Of a DNA stretch of 25,018 nt, positions 8,261-18,181 are shown one piece after another. The notes beneath the pieces are model-generated. The model made no database searches and was not told the DNA's origin. It worked only from the letters and a program-made list of their open reading frames with translations. The DNA is taken from contig JBGTHM010000071.1 in the NCBI GenBank assembly GCA_041746255.1, forward strand, positions 1-25,018. The letters run 5' to 3'. The position numbers and the translations under genes are program-made. Every line of letters begins with the position of its first letter. The first letter of the stretch is position 1. This DNA comes from Fibrobacteria bacterium. GTDB lineage: Bacteria > Fibrobacterota > Fibrobacteria > UBA11236.

Positions 8261-9419
8261 TGCGGCTTTCCTCGACCAAGCTTAGGTAGACCTTCTCATA
8301 ACTCCTCATCATCCCGCGAATGTCGTGATTCTCCCTCGCTATTTCCAATCCCTTTGTCCCAAGCTTATGCCGTAAGGTTTCGTCTGCCAAAAGCATGTCA
8401 AGCCTATCCGCCAACAAAGCCGTATTCCGAGTCGAAATCAGAAACCCATTCTCCCCATCCCGTATCAGCTCCCGCATGCCTCCCACGTCCGTTCCCACTA
8501 CTGGGTTGGCGCAGGCCATGGCCTCAATGATGCTGCGTGGTAATCCCTCGCGATCGCGGCTGGCCAAAACAGAAATGTCCGTGAGATTGAGTAATTCCAC
8601 CACATCCCATACATAATTAGTCATGTGTACCCGATGCGCGATTCCCGCCGCTTCAGCCATCTGGGTAATTGTCGGAGAGTTATCGGTTCCGGCAAATGCC
8701 CCGCCTACAAGCATAAGATGTGCGCGGGGGTATTTTTTAGCCAAAAGGCTGAAAGCCTTCAGCAAATCCTCATTTCCTTTTTGAGGTACCATACTGGCAA
8801 TTTGAGTTATGACTAACGCATCTTCCGGCATGCCGTATTTACGCGCCACCTCCCGCTTGCGGGCATCTCTATCTCCCCAGGGAGAAAATCGTTCCAGATC
8901 CATACCATTTTTTATGGTGATAATTTTTGCCTTGATTTCGGGATCCGATTCGAATACTTCCCGACCCCGGTCGGAATTCGAAACGATGCAAGAATGACAC
9001 CTTAAGGTTTCCCAACGGTTGTAGCGGTCGAAAATTTCCGGTTCGTGTACGAGCCGCAGCGTCACCAACGAAGGAATGCCGAGTCTTTGAGCCGCCCGAC
9101 CGCTATACCGTCCCACATAAAGATGGTTCGAATGTACGATATCCGGTTTTTCATCGCGCAATACCTGCATGACCGGGAATACTCCCAGCATCCAGGAAAA
9201 GGGGAGCCAGCGATTCTTGAAAGGCTCCAGCCGTTTACGCACATGCCTGACCCTCCTTTGGTCGAGACCCTCCTTAAGGTTTCCCGGACCTTGAATAAGC
9301 ACCACCGGATCAAAGCGGGTTTTATCCAAGTGTTGCACCAAATCCAATAATCCACGCTGGCCACCTGCCGCATGACGATAAGTCTCAACGAATAGAATTT
9401 TGATGCGTTGGGGATTCAA
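8250..9419 (-). CDS. Glycosyltransferase family 4
   Basis: Likely start TTG at 9419 with GGGGAAAG upstream (389 aa); the ORF track extends to 9533. GGQRGLLDL, KPDIVHSN, IKNGMDLERF, EGLPRSIIEAMACANPVVGTDVGG (EX7E motif). Confidence 0.9.
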   Translation of the reverse strand: MNPQRIKILFVETYRHAAGGQRGLLDLVQHLDKTRFDPVVLIQGPGNLKEGLDQRRVRHVRKRLEPFKNRWLPFSWMLGVFPVMQVLRDEKPDIVHSNHLYVGRYSGRAAQRLGIPSLVTLRLVHEPEIFDRYNRWETLRCHSCIVSNSDRGREVFESDPEIKAKIITIKNGMDLERFSPWGDRDARKREVARKYGMPEDALVITQIASMVPQKGNEDLLKAFSLLAKKYPRAHLMLVGGAFAGTDNSPTITQMAEAAGIAHRVHMTNYVWDVVELLNLTDISVLASRDREGLPRSIIEAMACANPVVGTDVGGMRELIRDGENGFLISTRNTALLADRLDMLLADETLRHKLGTKGLEIARENHDIRGMMRSYEKVYLSLVEESRSGT

Positions 9420-9500
9420 AATGGTTGCTTTCCCCGTTGAATTTAGCAAAGTGCAGGCAATGTGTATCTTTCCCCTGGGCTTATCTAATGGCCCCCTAGC

Positions 9501-9508
9501 AAGGAGGT
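9501..9508 (+). promoter_or_regulatory. Strong Shine-Dalgarno site (AAGGAGGT) for the DHH gene
   Basis: AAGGAGGT lies 5 nt before an in-frame TTG at 9514, which places the start there rather than at 9400. Confidence 0.7.
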
Positions 9509-9513
9509 GCGGA

Positions 9514-10557
9514 TTGAGCGAGATTTCCGGCAACGCGGAGAAAATCCTAAGTTTTTTGGCGGATCATTCCCATGAAATCTCCCCCCTGCTCATCCTCGCC
9601 CATGATTTCCCCGACCCCGACGCCTTGGCCAGCGCCTACGCCCTCAAATTCCTGGCCGAAAAGCAATACCAAATCAAGGCCAAAATAGCCTATGGCGGCA
9701 TTATCGGACGGATGGAAAACCGCGCCATGGTCAGCATTCTGCGCTTACCCGTCAGCCCCCTGAAACCCACCGACCTCAAGCGCTATCGCAATGTCGCGTT
9801 AATCGATACCCAGCCCGCTTTCGGAAACAACTCCTTTCCGGCCGACCGCCGTGCCACCCTGGTTATCGATCAACACCCATTCGTGGTCGAACCCGACGCG
9901 GAACTGGCCGTAGTCGACACGACTTGCGGAGCCACATCCGTTATTTTGGCCAAGGCCTTGCTGATGCTCAACCTGGAAATTCCTCGTAAGGTCGCCACCG
10001 CCTTGGCCTATGGTATCCTGGCCGATACCGCTAGTCTTTCCCGAGGAGTAAATAAGGAAATCATCGACATTTACGTGGAAATCCTCGCCAGTGTCGATAT
10101 GCAGGCTTTGGCGCGCATCCAGCACCCGCCTCGCTCTAAACGGTTTTTCACCACGATTGCCCAGGGTATCAACAATGCCATCAGCCACCGGGGAGTGGTC
10201 GTCTCTCGGGTAGGAGAGGTGGAATCCCCCGATTCGGTGGCCCAGCTGGCGGATTTTCTGCTTTCCTACGAAAAAGCCGTATGGGTGTTCTGTATTGGAA
10301 GGTATCGGGGCAAGCTGCACGCTTCTTTGCGCAGCTCCAAGGCGAATGTGCAGGCTGGAGAGATATTGCGCGATATCTTTCCCAAGCGTTCGCAAGCGGG
10401 TGGTCATGACATGATTGCGGGAGGGAGCTTTCCCGTAGGCCGTCAGGCATTGCCCAGCGAATGGGAGCGTATCGAGAGCGAAATGGTACAGGGTCTTTTG
10501 CGTCGCCTGAAATTGGGCCGACCCAAGGATCCGAAATGCGCCTTTCCAAACAAATAG
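9514..10557 (+). CDS. DHH/DHHA1-family phosphoesterase (NrnA/Pde2-like), with the DHH motif read as DQH
   Basis: 347 aa. Motif I AHDFPDPDALAS, motif II LIDTQ, motif III VIDQHP, motif IV GILADT, and DHHA1 motifs ASLRS and AGGHDMIAGG. Confidence 0.88.
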   Translation: MSEISGNAEKILSFLADHSHEISPLLILAHDFPDPDALASAYALKFLAEKQYQIKAKIAYGGIIGRMENRAMVSILRLPVSPLKPTDLKRYRNVALIDTQPAFGNNSFPADRRATLVIDQHPFVVEPDAELAVVDTTCGATSVILAKALLMLNLEIPRKVATALAYGILADTASLSRGVNKEIIDIYVEILASVDMQALARIQHPPRSKRFFTTIAQGINNAISHRGVVVSRVGEVESPDSVAQLADFLLSYEKAVWVFCIGRYRGKLHASLRSSKANVQAGEILRDIFPKRSQAGGHDMIAGGSFPVGRQALPSEWERIESEMVQGLLRRLKLGRPKDPKCAFPNK

Positions 10558-10566
10558 GCGGGTATT

Positions 10567-11466
10567 ATGGAAATCTTGTGGACAAGTTTGATGGCGCTTC
10601 GACCTGCGGACGTTTTTGACATTCTTTTTCTCGCCCTGATTCTTTATGGTGTCCTCGTTTGGTTCAAGCGTACCCGATCCGCTTTTGTACTTACAGGCAT
10701 AGTCATCGTCGGAATTTTCTATGTGCTTATCCGGCAATTCAACCTGGTTCTCACTACCGCCCTATTCGAACGCTTTTTCGCCGTTCTCCTTATCGCACTG
10801 GTCGTTATTTTCCAGGAAGAGCTGCGCTATTTTTTCGAGCAAATTGCGGTATGGAGCCTCAACCGAAGGCGGGCATGGCGCAAAGCTCCGCCGCTTTTAC
10901 GTGAGGAAGTGGAGGTCATTGGACGTACTCTGACGGATATGTCGAAAGAGCGTATCGGTGCGCTTGTGGTTTTAAAGGGAAATGACCTCATTCTTCGCCA
11001 TCTGCACGGCGGTTACGAATTAGGCGGTCGTGTAAGCGAACCCCTGTTGAAAAGTATTTTCGATCCGCATTCGCTGGGTCATGACGGCGCGGCCATTGTG
11101 GAAGGAAATCGCTTGACTTCTTTTGCGACGCATCTCCCTTTATCTAAAAACGTGGCCAAGTTGGGCAAGTTCGGTACGCGCCACGCAGCCGCCCTCGGCC
11201 TGTCAGAACTCTCGGACGCCCTTTGCATGGTGGTATCGGAGCAGTCGGGAGTGATATCCGCCGCCCGGGACGGCGAAATCGTTCCCGTGGTTGGACCCGA
11301 AAACCTGTTCGCGCTTTTGGATAATTTCTACTCGGAAATGAGTCCGCGGCATGGAGATAGACTGTGGCATGATTTCCTCCGCAAAAACTGGCGGGAGAAA
11401 ACCATCTCCTTGGTTGCCGCCCTCTTCCTCTGGATCGCTCTCGTGGGAACTAAAGGTGATTTTTAA
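10567..11466 (+). CDS. cdaA: Membrane-anchored diadenylate cyclase (CdaA/DacA type, DisA_N domain) with an extra C-terminal TM helix
   Basis: 299 aa; three N-terminal TM segments; VVIFQEELR, MSKERIGALVV, SIFDP...HDGA, LPLS, GTRHAAALGLSELSDA, VVSEQSG. Confidence 0.9.
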   Translation: MEILWTSLMALRPADVFDILFLALILYGVLVWFKRTRSAFVLTGIVIVGIFYVLIRQFNLVLTTALFERFFAVLLIALVVIFQEELRYFFEQIAVWSLNRRRAWRKAPPLLREEVEVIGRTLTDMSKERIGALVVLKGNDLILRHLHGGYELGGRVSEPLLKSIFDPHSLGHDGAAIVEGNRLTSFATHLPLSKNVAKLGKFGTRHAAALGLSELSDALCMVVSEQSGVISAARDGEIVPVVGPENLFALLDNFYSEMSPRHGDRLWHDFLRKNWREKTISLVAALFLWIALVGTKGDF

Positions 11467-12707
11467 TAACCCGATGGCCCGCTGGCAGGCAACAAATATT
11501 GGATTTGGAAATCACGACCTTGTAAATGTCGAAAACTCAACCGTCTTTTATCTATCGCCGCGCCCGAATAGACCTGGTAGGGTTTTAGCATTCCTCCACC
11601 CCAATCTTCCGCGAAATAGTTATTCAGAGTATCCATGGGTATCCCATCCAGGCTTACTTCCACCGTCGCATTTCGAGTCTTACTGATGGGATAGAGTACG
11701 GTCAGCTCTCTCGCCTCAATTTCCAAAATCATTTCCACTCCCGCGCTATCCGATTCGAAACCAATCCTACCCAATTCCCGCAATCCCTGACTCCACCCAC
11801 CCAATGAAAGGACCTGTATATCCTTATCACCTTCTTTATAAATTGATGCCCACTCATAGATATCCGATGTTAAAGGGGGCCGTAAGGAAAATTCAGGGTA
11901 TTTTTTTATTCCGGATTCCAGCTTCCGTTTAAAAAAATCGAATAGAAAGTATGCGGCAGCAAAATGTCCCGTATCCGAGGGATGTACCTCATCAGCCGCG
12001 AAGTCACTCCAATTCATTCGCCCTGCTTCAATTTCGGGCCAAAGTGCATTCCGATAGCTGATATGAGGCGTAATGTAATGCCTACCCACTCTTGCATGAA
12101 GCCGCTGGTTTTGCTCATTACCCGAACTATTCATAAAACTGATAAGAATTGCCGGTACGTTTTGTTTCAGGCACTGGCGTATAATTCCCTCCATGGAAGA
12201 TAGCGTCAGATTTGAGTCGAAGGGATTATCGTTCACAGCGAAATCAATGACAATCAAATCCGGGTTCTTGCTCAAAATGTCAACAGCAATCCGGGAGGCT
12301 CCAAACCGGCTGTTGGTTGCGCCAATTCCGGCATTTATTTCCACAATATCTGTTTCCGGAAGCGCCTTGTGCATAAACTCTGTAAATAGTGTGGAATACC
12401 GTTTATTTATTTCTGCCGCGAGCGCCCCCTCGGTTACCGATCCTCCTATGAACCCAATTCGAACCTCCTTATCACGAAGGCATTTATTCAGAAACCCACT
12501 CAATAGGGCATCTCCCCCACCCGATAAAACGGATCGGGATACGATAACCGGATCCAATACGTTCTTAGCATCATTAGTGAGAACCGTGTCCCAACTTTGA
12601 TATCGGGAGTTTTTAAGCGGATCTTGTTTTCCATCGTCCTCGGGCCAGAGGCAACCGGTAAAAAGGCTTAATAGCAGAAACAGCGGGAATTTACCCATGA
12701 ATCTCAT
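11463..12707 (-). CDS. SGNH/GDSL hydrolase-family lipoprotein (probable carbohydrate esterase)
   Basis: 414 aa (alternative ATG at 12698); lipobox LFTGC. Block I FIGGSVTEG, block II NAGIGATNS, block III DFAVND, block V DEVHP. Confidence 0.85.
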   Translation of the reverse strand: MRFMGKFPLFLLLSLFTGCLWPEDDGKQDPLKNSRYQSWDTVLTNDAKNVLDPVIVSRSVLSGGGDALLSGFLNKCLRDKEVRIGFIGGSVTEGALAAEINKRYSTLFTEFMHKALPETDIVEINAGIGATNSRFGASRIAVDILSKNPDLIVIDFAVNDNPFDSNLTLSSMEGIIRQCLKQNVPAILISFMNSSGNEQNQRLHARVGRHYITPHISYRNALWPEIEAGRMNWSDFAADEVHPSDTGHFAAAYFLFDFFKRKLESGIKKYPEFSLRPPLTSDIYEWASIYKEGDKDIQVLSLGGWSQGLRELGRIGFESDSAGVEMILEIEARELTVLYPISKTRNATVEVSLDGIPMDTLNNYFAEDWGGGMLKPYQVYSGAAIDKRRLSFRHLQGRDFQIQYLLPASGPSGY

Positions 12708-12735
12708 GCTTATTCCGTGCTATACATTAAACCAA

Positions 12736-14631
12736 TCAAGGCTTGAAAGCCACCACCCCCAAAGGAGGAAGGGTTAAGTTCAGGCTATAGGGCCTATCAT
12801 GCGATGGCGCCGATTCGGCTTCGACGCCGCCCATATTCCCCACGCCACTGCCCCCATAGATGGAAGCGTCGCTATTAAGGATTTCCCGCCAAAGTCCGCC
12901 CCGGTTTACACCCAAGCGGTAATCATGACGGGGTACGGGCGTGAAATTGAAGACGAATAGGATTTGCTCCTCCGCGCTTTCATCTTTACGCAAGAGGCTG
13001 ATAACCGAATTCTCTGCGTCGCTGCAATCCACCCATTCAAAACCGAAGGATTCCACGTCGCCCCGATGCAGAGCAGCCTCCCCACGGTAAAGCGTGTTCA
13101 AATCCCTCACGAACCGCTGCAATTGGCGATGGGGATCTTCGTTCAGCAAATGCCAGTCGAGGCTGTCGTCGAATTTCCATTCTCGCCACTGTCCAAACTC
13201 GATGCCCATGAACAGCAGCTTTTTTCCGGGTTGGGCGAACATGTAACCTAAAAGCGACCGCAGGTTGGCGAACTTCTGCCAATAGTCGCCCGGCATTTTA
13301 TTGATGAGCGAACCCTTGCCATGAACTACCTCGTCATGCGAAAGCGGGAGGGCGAAGTTTTCGGAAAAGGCGTATAACATACGGAAGGTAAGTTTGTCCT
13401 GGTGGAATTTCCGGTAGACCCCATCTTTGGTGAAATATTCCAGAGTGTCGTGCATCCAACCCATGTCCCATTTGTAGCCGAATCCCAGGCCGCCCAAATA
13501 GGTGGGCTTGCTGACCATGGGCCAGGAAGTGGATTCTTCGGCCATCGTCAAGACGTCGGGAAAATCGGAATACACTTTTTCGTTGAAACGTTTGAGGAAG
13601 GCGATAGCCTCCAGGTTTTCGCGCCCCCCGAATTGATTGGGAATCCAATCACCCTCTTCGCGCGAATAGTCGAGATAGAGCATGGACGCCACCGCGTCTA
13701 CCCGCAAGCCGTCCAGGTGGTATTTGTCGAGCCAAAACAGGGCGTTGCTGATGAGGAAATTGGAAACTTCGCTTCGCCCGTAATTGAAGATGAAAGTACC
13801 CCAGTCGCGGTGCTCGCCTTGGCGCGGGTCGGCATGCTCGTACAGGTGGGTGCCATCGAAATAGCCCAGTCCGTGCGCGTCGCGGGGAAAATGCGCGGGA
13901 ACCCAATCCAGCAGCACCCCTATCCCGTTTTGATGCAGGTAGTCCACGAAATACATGAATTCTTCCGGAGTTCCGAAACGGCTGGTCGGCGCAAAATATC
14001 CCACCGTCTGATAGCCCCACGATCCGTCGAAGGGATGCTCACTGATAGGCAGCAGCTCAATATGCGTGAATCCCATATGCTTGATGTATTCGGTCAGCTT
14101 CGGCGCCAATTCCCGATAGGTCAACCACCGATTGCCTTCTTCGGGAATCCGCATCCAAGAAGAAAGGTGGACCTCATAAATGGAAATCGGCGACTTGAGG
14201 GCATGATGCCCCGCCCTGTCGGCCATCCATTCGCGGTCCTGCCATTTATAGTTGGAGAGATCCCAAACCTTGGATGCCGTTTGGGGACGGATTTCCGCCG
14301 CGAATCCATAGGGGTCGGCCTTTTCGCTCCGGTGGCCGTTATGGTGGGAGTAAATGATGTATTTGTAAAGCGCGCCTTGTTTTACATCGGGTATGAACAA
14401 TTCCCAGATGCCGGAACCTCCCCGCATTTGCATGGGGTGAACGTTCTCATTCCAATGGTTGAATTCCCCCACCACTGCGACTCTTTCCGCATTGGGCGCC
14501 CACACCGCGAAATTCGTTCCCTGCTTCGCTCCCTTCTGGATGAGATGCGCGCCCAGTTTTTCATAGGTTCGATAATGGCTTCCCTCCCCAAAGAGGTGTA
14601 TGTCGTAATCCGTGATGAATTCTTCCGTCAC
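12736..14631 (-). CDS. glgB: 1,4-alpha-glucan branching enzyme (GH13), short form without the first N-terminal domain
   Basis: 631 aa; [21 protein letters not shown], and catalytic [15 protein letters not shown] and [10 protein letters not shown]. Confidence 0.97.
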   Translation of the reverse strand: MTEEFITDYDIHLFGEGSHYRTYEKLGAHLIQKGAKQGTNFAVWAPNAERVAVVGEFNHWNENVHPMQMRGGSGIWELFIPDVKQGALYKYIIYSHHNGHRSEKADPYGFAAEIRPQTASKVWDLSNYKWQDREWMADRAGHHALKSPISIYEVHLSSWMRIPEEGNRWLTYRELAPKLTEYIKHMGFTHIELLPISEHPFDGSWGYQTVGYFAPTSRFGTPEEFMYFVDYLHQNGIGVLLDWVPAHFPRDAHGLGYFDGTHLYEHADPRQGEHRDWGTFIFNYGRSEVSNFLISNALFWLDKYHLDGLRVDAVASMLYLDYSREEGDWIPNQFGGRENLEAIAFLKRFNEKVYSDFPDVLTMAEESTSWPMVSKPTYLGGLGFGYKWDMGWMHDTLEYFTKDGVYRKFHQDKLTFRMLYAFSENFALPLSHDEVVHGKGSLINKMPGDYWQKFANLRSLLGYMFAQPGKKLLFMGIEFGQWREWKFDDSLDWHLLNEDPHRQLQRFVRDLNTLYRGEAALHRGDVESFGFEWVDCSDAENSVISLLRKDESAEEQILFVFNFTPVPRHDYRLGVNRGGLWREILNSDASIYGGSGVGNMGGVEAESAPSHDRPYSLNLTLPPLGVVAFKP

Positions 14632-14645
14632 TTACCGTAGCTCCT

Positions 14646-17600
14646 TTATAACAATGCCAACAATCCCCGTAAGGGAATTTCCGTCCAACCGGGCCGGTTA
14701 TTCAACTCATAATTCACCTCGTACACCGCCTTATCCATGAGGAAGATAGCGAGCAACGCTTCTTGCACGGCCGGGTCTTCGGGCCAAAAAGGGGTGCCTT
14801 GTACGGCCTGCCGGTAATTTTTCAGGAAGGCGGCGCAAGACCACCGTTCCCATTGGTTGGCCCACACTTCAAGTCGTTCCTTGTCTTCGGGACGGGTACT
14901 GGCATAAGCGAAAAGCCCCGCATAGGCGGCATAGGAATAGGATCGTAACATTCCAGCTACGTCTTTGAAAGGGGATTGCTTGCTTCGTCTTTCCGCCAGG
15001 CTGCGCGAGGGCTCTCCTTCGAAATCGAGGATGACGAAATCATTCTCCGTCAAAAGCACCTGGCCCAGGTGGTAATCTCCATGCACGCGGATTCGGCCGC
15101 CCGCAAGCTTAAGGCCCTTCGGCGGGGACATCACCTTCAACAATTGCTTGCGTTGCGCGATAACGCCATAGCCCATATCGCGAATTTCTTCGGGCAACCG
15201 TTTCAAGTTCGCTTCCAGCGAAACCAGTACGGAAGTCGCGTACTTCTTCATTTCTTCGGTGGTATCGGAAAAATCCTGGGCCGAAAGCGGCTCCGGCTTG
15301 AAGGCCGGGTCCTTCGCTTCCGATGCCAACGCCATATGCATCTCACCTGTGCGTCGTCCCAGGGTTGCGGCCATATTCATGGAGACGTGCATCATCTCCG
15401 CTATGCTTCCCTTCGGCTCCTTTTCCGTAAGCTGTAAAAAGGAAGCCTTCGCCTCGGCACCGTCTTCTCCGGGAGCATCGGCCTGCACGGCGGCGACTTC
15501 GAAATAACGGCTGAGCTCGTCCAAGGTATTCGTCCAACCGTCCCCTTGATTACCGACCATCCCTTGGATCATGGCCAAAGTGGTCGACTCCATGCCCTCA
15601 CGGCGATACTCTATACCGCCTGCGGTAATAGGTACCCGGTCGAAGCGGGTTTTTTCCGTCAGAAATTGACCAATTTCGAAGTCGGGGTTGGGACCCGGTT
15701 GCAAACGCCTGAACAATTTTAATATGAGGCGCTTATCATAGAAAACGGACGTGTTGCTTTGCTCCAGGGAGGGGTGGATGATGGCAAGATCCGCCTCGGC
15801 GCCGCGCGCCTCCTCGAATAAGCGAGTGGGAAAGGCCTGGATGCTGCCTTGCCGGGTTCGTAATGCTCCTGAACTTTCGATACTCTTAAGCAGGCCGGAG
15901 CAAAATTCGTCGTCCACCATCGCATCGATAATGACCGCCGGTTCTTCGCCCCCTTGAAGCTCTGCAATGAAACCGTTGGAGCGACTTTCTCTTATCTGGC
16001 GAGCCTCTTCTCCCACGACCACCGTCAAAGGAAAGTTGTAGAGGTCATCCGTACCATCGGTGAAGCGTATTTCCAGCACAGTTAAAAATGATTTGTTTCG
16101 TGCGCCCGGAGCGGCCGACCAATCGGAAATTCGCACCGACGCGATTTTCCGTGCCTTGGCTCCGAACCAGCGTTGTCGGGGCAAATACCGCGGGAGCAAT
16201 TTTTCCAGGGCCTTGCGCCCTTCCCCTTCCAATAGGGATTCGGGAGCACCGTAAAACGCGAAGGCTAAAAGCGGTTCTTCTTTCGCGGGCGCGGTGGCGG
16301 AATAGGCCACTCCCGCGCCTACACGGGCGGGATGCAATGTGAACCAATAAAAGGTGTGTGGCCCTAAAGTGACAAAATAGGGTAGTTCCCCGATGGGGGG
16401 AAATTCCACTTGTCCCAGCATTTCCACCGGGACCATTCCGTTCAAAAAAGAAAGGTCAAGCTCGCAAGGTTGTACGAAACGCGAGAGATTCGCCACGCAT
16501 AAAATGATATCGCCTTCAAATCTCCGGAGGTAAGCCAACACCTTGCGGTTGGCGGGCGTCAGCACTTCCATGGTGCCGCGGCTGAAAACCCGATGCCGCT
16601 TGCGCAAGGCTATCATGCGCTTGGTCCAATTAAGCAGACTGGAAAGATCGCGTTCCTCGGCCTCGACGTTGAGTCCCTGATAGCCGTATACCGGATCCAT
16701 GATCACTTGGCTGAAGAGACGGGCCGGATCGGCTTTGGAGAACCCTGCGTTTCTATCGCCCGTCCATTGCATGGGCGTACGAACACCGTTCCGGTCTCCC
16801 AGAAAGACATTATCGCCCATGCCTATTTCATCCCCGTAATAGATCACCGGCGTTCCCGGAAAAGACAGCAACAGGCTATTCAGCAATTCCAATCGTCGGC
16901 GGCTGTTTTCCACCAAGGGGGCCAGCCTGCGGCGGATGCCGATATTGATGCGCATGCGCAGATCGCGCGCATATTCGTGGTACATGTAATCGCGTTCTTC
17001 GTCGGTGACCATTTCGAGGGTCAGCTCGTCATGGTTGCGCAAAAACAAGGCCCATTGGCATGATTCGGGGATGTCGGGAGTCTGTGCCAGAATTTCCGAA
17101 ATGGGATGCCTATCCTCCTGCCTAAGGGCCATGAAAATGCGTGGCATCAGGGGAAAGTGGAAAGCCATATGGCATTCGTCACCGTCGCCGAAATAGGGAC
17201 GCACATCGCTCGGCCATTGATTGGCTTCGGCCAACAACATGCGATCGCTAAAATGCCGGTCGAGAGCCTTGCGCATTTCCTTGAGAACCACGTGGGTTTC
17301 GTGCAGGTTTTCGCAATTGGTTCCCTCGCGCTCAATCAGGTAGGGCACGGCGTCCAGGCGCAAACCGTCCACTCCCATTTCGAGCCAGAAGAGCATGACG
17401 CGAATCACCTCGCGTCGGACATGGGGATTATCATAATTGAGATCGGGCTGGTGATAGAAAAAGCGATGCCAATAATAGGCTTTGGCTTCGGCGTCCCAAC
17501 TCCAATTCGATCTTTCCGAATCGGTGAAGATGATGCGGGCGTCCTCGTATTTTTTGTCCGTATCGCTCCAGACGTAGAAATCGCGCTTGGGAGAGCCCGG

Positions 17601-18026
17601 CGGGGCTTTGCGCGACGCCTGGAACCAGGGATGTTGATCGGAAGTGTGGTTGACCACCAACTCGGTAATAACGCGCATACCCCGGGTGTGGGCTTCCTTC
17701 ACGAAGCGGCGGAAATCTTTGAGGGTGCCGTAATCGGGGTGCACTCCGCGGTAATCGGCGATATCATAACCGTCGTCCCGAAGCGGCGAGGGGTAAAAAG
17801 GCAGCAGCCATAAAGCGGTAACACCCAGGTCCTGGAGGTAGTCCAGCTTCTGAATCAGGCCTAAAAAATCACCCACACCATCATTATTGCTGTCGAAGAA
17901 GGATTTGACGTGAATTTCGTAGATGATCGCGTCTTTATACCAAAGCGGATCCGTTTCCAACGGTTCACGGGAACTTCGCGTCACTCCCTTGAGAACATTT
18001 TTTCCGGTTGGTGGGGTGGCTGCCAA
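14646..18026 (-). CDS. treS: Trehalose synthase - maltokinase fusion (TreS-Mak/Pep2)
   Basis: 1126 aa; TTG start after AGGAGAAGG. TreS motifs WYKDAIIYE, RLDAVPYL, LAEANQW and LRNHDELTLE. Maltokinase motifs QRWFGAK, EQSNTS, RVHGDYHLGQVL and DFEGEP. Confidence 0.96.
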   Translation of the reverse strand: MAATPPTGKNVLKGVTRSSREPLETDPLWYKDAIIYEIHVKSFFDSNNDGVGDFLGLIQKLDYLQDLGVTALWLLPFYPSPLRDDGYDIADYRGVHPDYGTLKDFRRFVKEAHTRGMRVITELVVNHTSDQHPWFQASRKAPPGSPKRDFYVWSDTDKKYEDARIIFTDSERSNWSWDAEAKAYYWHRFFYHQPDLNYDNPHVRREVIRVMLFWLEMGVDGLRLDAVPYLIEREGTNCENLHETHVVLKEMRKALDRHFSDRMLLAEANQWPSDVRPYFGDGDECHMAFHFPLMPRIFMALRQEDRHPISEILAQTPDIPESCQWALFLRNHDELTLEMVTDEERDYMYHEYARDLRMRINIGIRRRLAPLVENSRRRLELLNSLLLSFPGTPVIYYGDEIGMGDNVFLGDRNGVRTPMQWTGDRNAGFSKADPARLFSQVIMDPVYGYQGLNVEAEERDLSSLLNWTKRMIALRKRHRVFSRGTMEVLTPANRKVLAYLRRFEGDIILCVANLSRFVQPCELDLSFLNGMVPVEMLGQVEFPPIGELPYFVTLGPHTFYWFTLHPARVGAGVAYSATAPAKEEPLLAFAFYGAPESLLEGEGRKALEKLLPRYLPRQRWFGAKARKIASVRISDWSAAPGARNKSFLTVLEIRFTDGTDDLYNFPLTVVVGEEARQIRESRSNGFIAELQGGEEPAVIIDAMVDDEFCSGLLKSIESSGALRTRQGSIQAFPTRLFEEARGAEADLAIIHPSLEQSNTSVFYDKRLILKLFRRLQPGPNPDFEIGQFLTEKTRFDRVPITAGGIEYRREGMESTTLAMIQGMVGNQGDGWTNTLDELSRYFEVAAVQADAPGEDGAEAKASFLQLTEKEPKGSIAEMMHVSMNMAATLGRRTGEMHMALASEAKDPAFKPEPLSAQDFSDTTEEMKKYATSVLVSLEANLKRLPEEIRDMGYGVIAQRKQLLKVMSPPKGLKLAGGRIRVHGDYHLGQVLLTENDFVILDFEGEPSRSLAERRSKQSPFKDVAGMLRSYSYAAYAGLFAYASTRPEDKERLEVWANQWERWSCAAFLKNYRQAVQGTPFWPEDPAVQEALLAIFLMDKAVYEVNYELNNRPGWTEIPLRGLLALL

Positions 18027-18181
18027 TTCCTTCTCCTTTTATCGGTTCCGTTACCATGTGTGTCTGTACAGTGCAGGCATGCATCAAAGATAACGCGTAT
18101 CAACCGATAAGTCATATTCTCAAAAATAGGTGATTTCAAGGGTGATTCGCAAGTATAGCCTGCAGACATCGAAACGTTGAT

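Noticed and set aside
9420..9513. Search for a c-di-AMP (ydaO) riboswitch near the cyclase pair and in other intergenic regions
   Set aside because: No recognisable conserved ydaO elements by eye; an Infernal search would be needed to exclude it fully.
9400..9533. Apparent head-to-head overlap of the GT4 and DHH ORFs
   Set aside because: Artefact of longest-ORF starts. RBS-supported TTG starts at 9419 (-) and 9514 (+) remove the overlap.
9799..10737. 312-aa antisense ORF
   Set aside because: Shadow of the DHH and cdaA genes with no motifs.
13402..14640. 412-aa antisense ORF, and similar ones at 2306-2926, 17106-17813 and 18390-19010
   Set aside because: Antisense shadows of well-supported genes, expected from codon bias, with no protein-family features.
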